Part shown: positions 58,114 through 64,000 of the stretch, in pieces
Position numbering within the stretch: position 1 is the stretch's first letter
How the letters are laid out: each line of letters opens with the position of its first letter
Origin: an uncultured Bacteroidota bacterium
Lineage (GTDB): Bacteria > Bacteroidota > Ignavibacteria > Kryptoniales > JAKASW01
NCBI GenBank assembly: GCA_963703215.1
Contig: OY969800.1
Coordinates: 582,007-646,006, forward strand
DNA length: 64,000 bases
Reading direction: 5' to 3'
The notes under the pieces: model-generated
What the model saw: the letters and a program-made list of their open reading frames with translations, nothing else
Told to the model about the DNA's origin: nothing
Database searches by the model: none
Position numbers and translations under genes: made by a program

Positions 58114-60497
58114 TTCCTATTCTTACCATTGACGAAGACGTGCTTCAACGCATCCTCGATTCTCTCAACCGGAACTATTGCAATTCCTTCCTTCACTTTG
58201 TCAGGTACCTCAACCAAATCCTTCGTGTTCTCTTTCGGAATCAGGACTTTCTTAATGCCATATCTTTTTGCTGCAAGTAATTTCTCCGTCAAACCGCCAA
58301 TAGCCAAAACCTCACCATTAAGATTGATTTCTCCAGTCATTGCCACATCGGTTCGAACCTGTTTTTTCCCTGCAGCAGAGATTAGTGCGACCGCCATCGT
58401 AAGTCCGGCGGATGGACCATCTTTTGGGGTTGCACCTTCGGGGACGTGAATGTGAAGTTCTTTTCCTTTCTGAAAATTTTTTGGAATCCGGAGCTTCGAA
58501 GCGTTAGCTCTAACGTATGTCAGAGCCGCGCGCGCCGATTCCTGCATTACATTCCCAAGCCTGCCTGTTAATTGCACTCTGTCCGGTCCTTCTATTAAAA
58601 TCGCTTCGACGTTCAGAATATCGCCACCTCCACTTGTCCACGCAAGTCCAACGGCAACACCTATCCGACTTTTCTTGTCGATCAGTTTCGAATGGAATTT
58701 CGGCACACCCAAGAATTCTTCGACCTTCTTCTCGTCGATAAGGATAGGGACTATTTTCTTCGACTTTCCATTTTTCTGTATGACAATTTCCTTCGCGATC
58801 TTTCTGCAAATTGCGGCGATAGAGCGCTCGAGATTTCTTACGCCGGCTTCCCACGTATATTCGCGGATGATTTTTACCAATGCAGGGTCTTCCCATTTCA
58901 CGTACTTTTCCTCAATGCCGTGAGCTTTTAGCTGTTTTGGAATAATGTGTCGCTTCGCAATCTCGATCTTATCGTAATCGAGGTATCCCGGAAGCTCGAT
59001 GACCTCCATCCTGTCTTCAAGCGGCTCCGGAATATTCTCGCGGACGTTCGCAGTTGTAATAAACAGAACCTTTGACAGATCATAATCCACTTCAAGATAA
59101 TGATCCTGGAAAGAATGGTTTTGTTCCGGGTCAAGAACCTCGAGCAAAGCAGCGGAAGGATCACCATGGAAATCGTTTGCCATCTTATCGACTTCATCTA
59201 AAAGCATGACCGGATTGACGACAGCGGCTTTTTTCATGGCCTGCAGGATTCTTCCAGGCATCGATCCAACATAAGTTCTGCGATGTCCACGAATCTCAGC
59301 CTCGTCTCTAATCCCACCGAGCGAAAGACGAACGAATTTTCTCCCGATGGCGCGCGCTATCGACTTGGCGAGGGATGTTTTACCAACTCCCGGCGGTCCG
59401 ACAAAACAGAGTATCTGCGATCGCATTTCTTTCACAAGATTCAGAACCGCGATCTGTTCGACGATTCTCTCCTTCGGCTTTTCAAGCCCATAATGATCCT
59501 CATCGAGTATCTTCCTGACATGCTCTATGTCCATGTCGTCGCTCGTTTTGTCATGCCATGGCACATCCACCAGCCAGTCGAGATAATTTCTTATGACCGT
59601 CGCCTCAGGAGAAAACGGCTGCGTTCTCTTCAGCTTATCGAGCTCATCAACCGCTTTTAACTTTGCCAATTCCGGCATCTTCGCCTTTTCAATTTTATCC
59701 TTCAAGAAAGCGATCTCGCCGGTTGGGCTCTCCTCACCGAGCTCGTCCTGCATTATCCTTACCTGTTCCTGGAGGTAATATTTCCGCTGGTTCTTTTGTA
59801 TACTGTCCTGGACCTTGTCGTCGATCTCCTGCTCGATCTTCAGGATACTTATCTCCTCCATCATTATCCTGATCATATCTTCATATTGATTCCGCAGGCT
59901 TTTCAAGCCGAACAAATCCATCTTCTCCGGAACCGGAAGATCCAAATTAGCGAGAATGTAGTAAAACTTACGATCTGGCTGGTCCATGTTCTCGAACGAC
60001 ATCAGTGTTTCGGGTGGAAGATCGCGGCTATTCCTCACATAGTCTCTAAACAATTGAGAGGCATGTTTTACATAAGCTTCAAGCTCAAGTTCTTTCTTTG
60101 ACGGCTGAATGTTGAGAGAATATTCGGCGTGAAGAATCCGATTTTCATCGTAGAACTTTTTTACAAAACCCTGCGCAACTCCATCGACAAGAACCTTGAG
60201 AAGCCCATTGGGAAGTTTGAGCACTTGCAATATTCTTGCGACCGTACCCACACGGTAAAGCTCATCCCGTGTTGGATCCTCCAAAGCACTGTCCTTCTGT
60301 GCAATTAACAAAATAAACTTCTGATTCTTCGACGCATACTCGACTGCCTCGACGGATTGCTCCCTTCCGACAAGAATCGGAAACAGCATGTATGGAAGCA
60401 CCAATGAATCTCTAAGAGGAAGAACAGGAAGTCGTGACGGGATGTCCTCGACTTTTTTTATTTCTTCAACCTGATCCATTTCTTCGTTTTCGTTCAA
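58110..60497 (-). CDS. lon: ATP-dependent Lon protease
   Basis: 795 aa with GPPGVGKTS and the catalytic-Ser motif PKDGPSAG. The TTG start is preceded by GGAG. Confidence 0.95.
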   Translation of the reverse strand: MNENEEMDQVEEIKKVEDIPSRLPVLPLRDSLVLPYMLFPILVGREQSVEAVEYASKNQKFILLIAQKDSALEDPTRDELYRVGTVARILQVLKLPNGLLKVLVDGVAQGFVKKFYDENRILHAEYSLNIQPSKKELELEAYVKHASQLFRDYVRNSRDLPPETLMSFENMDQPDRKFYYILANLDLPVPEKMDLFGLKSLRNQYEDMIRIMMEEISILKIEQEIDDKVQDSIQKNQRKYYLQEQVRIMQDELGEESPTGEIAFLKDKIEKAKMPELAKLKAVDELDKLKRTQPFSPEATVIRNYLDWLVDVPWHDKTSDDMDIEHVRKILDEDHYGLEKPKERIVEQIAVLNLVKEMRSQILCFVGPPGVGKTSLAKSIARAIGRKFVRLSLGGIRDEAEIRGHRRTYVGSMPGRILQAMKKAAVVNPVMLLDEVDKMANDFHGDPSAALLEVLDPEQNHSFQDHYLEVDYDLSKVLFITTANVRENIPEPLEDRMEVIELPGYLDYDKIEIAKRHIIPKQLKAHGIEEKYVKWEDPALVKIIREYTWEAGVRNLERSIAAICRKIAKEIVIQKNGKSKKIVPILIDEKKVEEFLGVPKFHSKLIDKKSRIGVAVGLAWTSGGGDILNVEAILIEGPDRVQLTGRLGNVMQESARAALTYVRANASKLRIPKNFQKGKELHIHVPEGATPKDGPSAGLTMAVALISAAGKKQVRTDVAMTGEINLNGEVLAIGGLTEKLLAAKRYGIKKVLIPKENTKDLVEVPDKVKEGIAIVPVERIEDALKHVFVNGKNRK

Positions 60498-60732
60498 ACT
60501 ATCTCCTGTGACAACTTTGTGTGGGATTTACCTGAGAAAATATAGCAGAGTCAGGAGGGGGAAACAATCCAAACTGCTCTGCTTTGACCGGTTTTTAAAA
60601 CCTAATTATGTCTCCCCTCTCGCCTTTGAACTTTCAACCTTTGCTGACTAACTTTTCAGCACACAAACAAAATCATCGATTGTCCCGATACATGGGGCAA
60701 CCGGATCCGCAAATTCAGAAAAGGAGCTTCAC

Positions 60733-63009
60733 ATGAAAATCCGAGTGGAAGACGCTCTTCAATACCATTCATCGGGCAGGAGAGGAAAAGTCGAAGTCGT
60801 GCCCACGAAGCCATGCGTGACGCAACGCGATCTATCATTGGCATATACGCCGGGAGTCGCAGAGGTCTGCCGGGCAATAGACAAGAATCCGGATTCTGTT
60901 TACGAATATACCGCAAAATCGAATTTGGTTGCAGTGCTATCCAACGGGACCGCGGTACTCGGCCTCGGGAATATCGGTCCGCTTGCAGGAAAGCCGGTAA
61001 TGGAAGGCAAAGGAGTATTGTTTAAGAGGTTTGCCGACATCGATGTATTCGACATCGAAATCAATTCCAAAACGCCGGAAGAAATTGTCACGGTTGCAAA
61101 GGCGCTGGAGCCGACATTCGGAGGGATTAACCTCGAAGACATCAAAGCTCCTGATTGTTTCTACGTCGAAGAGAAACTGAAGGAGACGATGAATATTCCG
61201 GTGTTCGATGATGACCAGCATGGCACAGCCATTATCAGTTCTGCTGCTTTGCTAAACGCCGTGGAGATTGTCGGAAAAGATATTGCAAAAGTGAAAATTG
61301 TCGTCAACGGGGCAGGCGCCGCCGCTATAGCCTGCACAAAACTTTACATCAGATTAGGTGCGAAGATCGAAAACGTCTTTATGTGTGATTCAAAAGGTCT
61401 TATATATAAAGGCAGACCAATCGACATGAATCCGTACAAAGAACAATTTGCTCAAGAAACGACTCTCCGTACTCTTGCACAAGCGATCAATGGCGCAGAC
61501 GTGTTTGTTGGACTTTCAGTGGCAAACGTGGTGACGAAGGAAATGGTCTGCTCGATGGCTAAGGATCCAATAGTGTTTGCGATGGCGAATCCGGATCCGG
61601 AAATAACTTACGAAGATGCAACCGCATGCCGCTCCGATGTAATTATGGCAACTGGTCGAAGCGATTATCCAAACCAGGTTAATAACGTGCTTGGCTTCCC
61701 GTTCATTTTCAGGGGCGCACTCGATGTCCGTGCCCGCACGATTAATGAAGAGATGAAAGTGGCTGCCGTGAGAGCCCTCGCTAGCCTCGCCAAAGAACCT
61801 GTTCCTGATTCTGTGAAACGGGCTTATGGTGGTGCTGAATTTGAATTTGGCCGGGAGTACATCATACCGAAGCCATTCGATCCGCGTGTGATAACATGGG
61901 TTGCACCGAGCGTTGCAAAAGCCGCAATCGAGACCGGTGTCGCAAGGCTCCAAATCGACGACTGGGAAAAGTATGTTTTCCAGCTTGAAGAAAGAATGGG
62001 CATCACACGAAGCGTAGTGCGAACGGCGATCGTTAAGTCGCAGCGCAGCGGAATGAGAATAGTTTTTCCCGAAGGCGAAGAGCCGAAGATACTCCATGCT
62101 GCCCAGATGATTCTCGACGAAGAAATTGCAAAGCCGGTGCTTCTCGGCAGAAAGTCTCACATCGAGATGAAAGCTCATGAGATGAAAATCGATATGGAGG
62201 GGATTGAAATAATTGACCCCGAACATTTTGAGAAACGTGAACAATACATAGAAGAACTTTTCAGGATGCGCCGTCGGAAAGGGTTTACACGCACGCGAGC
62301 AGAGAGGTACATCGAAAGGCCTAACTATTTAGGCGCGATGATGGTACACATGGACGATGCGGACGGACTCGTATCCGGACTTACGCAAACTTACCCAAGC
62401 ACAATTAAACCTGCCCTGCAAATTATCGGAATGGCCGAAGGAAGAAATCGAGTGGCTGGCATTTACATCATAATGACAAAGCGCGACGCCTATTTTTTCG
62501 CCGACACCACTGTCAACATCGATCCAACAGCCGAAGAACTTGCGGAAATCGCCCTGATGACTGCAGAGGTCGTTAAGAGATTTAACATTATTCCAAAAGT
62601 CGCTATGCTTTCGTTCAGCACATTCGGTAGCACGCGGCTTCCCCAATCGATCAAAGTCCAGAAGGCAACTGAGATTGCACACAAGTTGGACCCTGACCTC
62701 ATAATTGATGGTGAGATCCAGCCAGATATTGCGCTCTCCCCCGATGTTATCCAGGAGACTTATCCATTCTCAAGCCTCAAGGGTGGTGCGAATACTTTTA
62801 TCTTCCCAAATCTGGACGCAGGAAATATTGCATACAAGCTAATGGGAAAAATTGGCGGTGCCGCCTTGCTCGGACCTATTTTGATGGGAATGCAAAAACC
62901 GATTCATGTTCTTCAACAGGGCTGCGACGTAGAAGCGATTGTCAACATTGCAGCAGTTTGCGCAGTCGAAGCTCTTGACAAACAGAAAATGAATCCAATT
63001 CATAACTAG
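60733..63009 (+). CDS. maeB: NADP-dependent malic enzyme (malic enzyme plus PTA-like domain)
   Basis: 758 aa with an N-terminal malic enzyme region ([18 protein letters not shown]) and a C-terminal phosphotransacetylase-like domain. AAGGAG precedes the ATG. Confidence 0.92.
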   Translation: MKIRVEDALQYHSSGRRGKVEVVPTKPCVTQRDLSLAYTPGVAEVCRAIDKNPDSVYEYTAKSNLVAVLSNGTAVLGLGNIGPLAGKPVMEGKGVLFKRFADIDVFDIEINSKTPEEIVTVAKALEPTFGGINLEDIKAPDCFYVEEKLKETMNIPVFDDDQHGTAIISSAALLNAVEIVGKDIAKVKIVVNGAGAAAIACTKLYIRLGAKIENVFMCDSKGLIYKGRPIDMNPYKEQFAQETTLRTLAQAINGADVFVGLSVANVVTKEMVCSMAKDPIVFAMANPDPEITYEDATACRSDVIMATGRSDYPNQVNNVLGFPFIFRGALDVRARTINEEMKVAAVRALASLAKEPVPDSVKRAYGGAEFEFGREYIIPKPFDPRVITWVAPSVAKAAIETGVARLQIDDWEKYVFQLEERMGITRSVVRTAIVKSQRSGMRIVFPEGEEPKILHAAQMILDEEIAKPVLLGRKSHIEMKAHEMKIDMEGIEIIDPEHFEKREQYIEELFRMRRRKGFTRTRAERYIERPNYLGAMMVHMDDADGLVSGLTQTYPSTIKPALQIIGMAEGRNRVAGIYIIMTKRDAYFFADTTVNIDPTAEELAEIALMTAEVVKRFNIIPKVAMLSFSTFGSTRLPQSIKVQKATEIAHKLDPDLIIDGEIQPDIALSPDVIQETYPFSSLKGGANTFIFPNLDAGNIAYKLMGKIGGAALLGPILMGMQKPIHVLQQGCDVEAIVNIAAVCAVEALDKQKMNPIHN

Positions 63010-63072
63010 GATTTATTTATATGATTTCATTTCGCTGCGGAATAAGTTGAACCAAAAGGAAAGGTACGCTAA

Positions 63073-64000
63073 ATGTTTATTCTCCGTTGTCTTCTCGTCC
63101 TTGTTTTCTTAGACAGTTTCGTTTTCGCTGGCTCAAACAAAGCGAGCGCGCAATCCAGAGACTCATCAAATGTCGATTACGGAACCGCTGGTATTGATGC
63201 GCTGCAATTGTTCAACACTGCAAACGTACGTTATGCGTTGACTTATCTCGCTTCCGATTCTCTCCAGGGGCGAGAGACAACCGAGCCTGGACAGAAGAAA
63301 GCGGCGGATTTTATTGCTCGACGTTTCAAGGAGACTCGGTTTGAAACCGCTTGGCGATAGTGGCACTTATCTTCAGCATTTTCCCGTCGATGTCCATTTT
63401 ATCAGTGATTCTTCCTTCGTCGAGGTTGATGGAAAATATTTTCAAAATAACGAAGACTTTTACGTCTTGCCTTTCGGCGCGGGGAGTGCCAACATAAATG
63501 CGCCGGCGGTATTTGCTGGATACGGCTTTGAGAACGATACGTATTCAGACTATAAAGGAATCGATGCCAGCGGAAAAATCGTTATCCTCCTAAGCGGGAA
63601 TCCGCCCTTTGCTGACACAAACGACATCATGGTGAACTCACAATTGTACAAAAGGACAAACGCTGCAAGGCACGGTGCAGCGGCAGTTCTTATCGTCGCG
63701 AACGGAGATGAGTTTGCGAAGGTTCGTCAGCGATTTGCATCCATGTTCGGGAACAAGACAATGACTTTGGATCAAGGGATCAAAGAAACAAGGAACATCG
63801 CGCAATTTCAAATGGTCTACATCAAAACAGAAGTCGCGAACGCCCTTTTGGAAGCACAGGGAACGAGCGTAGAAAAGCTTTCCAGAAGAATTGATTCATT
63901 AAAAGCTCCAGCATCTTTGCAGTCGGCAGTGCAACTGTGAAAATCTATCTTGTCTCCGAAATCCGCCAAAGCGAAAATGTGGTAGGAATGCTTGATGGAA
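63073..64000 (+). pseudogene. M28-family peptidase with PA domain, running off the window, with two frame breaks (~63337 and ~63901)
   Basis: Three frames join into signal peptide ...AADFIARRFKETGLKPLGDSGTYLQHF... then ...RRIDSLKSSSIFAVGSATVKIYLVSEIRQSENVVGMLDG. Confidence 0.7.

Noticed and set aside
61516-62244. 242-aa minus-strand ORF.
   Set aside because: It is antisense to the well-supported maeB gene.

Overview
This is a densely coding bacterial chromosomal segment of about 60 genes, mostly on the minus strand. The gene content (GWxTD, DUF1573, PorV/PorQ-like, DUF4097/DUF5916, PA0069-type radical SAM, KorAB) suggests an FCB-superphylum organism, Ignavibacteria/Bacteroidota-like; this is inference. 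Clear GGAGG-type ribosome-binding sites are nevertheless present.

Most genes are housekeeping: ileS, purA, secDF, surE, trxA, pepA, nrnA, korAB, ccdA, rpsF-ssb-rpsR-rplI, prs-ctc-pth, lon-dnaX and maeB. The accessory and regulatory blocks are:
- hicAB.
- A kinase-like/UDPGP fusion gene paired with a GalU-like gene.
- An ECF sigma / anti-sigma / DUF4097 x2 / DUF5916 operon.
- An RsbU/V/W-type partner-switching module with two GAF-PP2C phosphatases and no sigma factor.

The most interesting signals are:
1. A tRNA-Gln locus where an 83-aa GIY-YIG nuclease ORF is bracketed by a 42-nt duplication of the tRNA 3' half. Two tRNA-like relics beside it share a fully compensated, rebuilt anticodon hairpin.
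2. A family of ~80-nt structured intergenic repeats with compensatory base changes, sitting between co-oriented genes.
3. An in-frame A9 run in dnaX with stops in both alternative frames, a Thermus-type tau/gamma recoding signal.
4. purA, whose essential P-loop lies upstream of any ATG/GTG/TTG.
5. Six single-nucleotide frame breaks in otherwise intact conserved genes, most simply explained as consensus indel errors.

I saw no CRISPR array, rRNA, transposase or integrase. Protein family calls come from motif recognition on the supplied translations, not from database searches. Coordinates of non-ORF features were read by eye and may be off by 1-2 nt.
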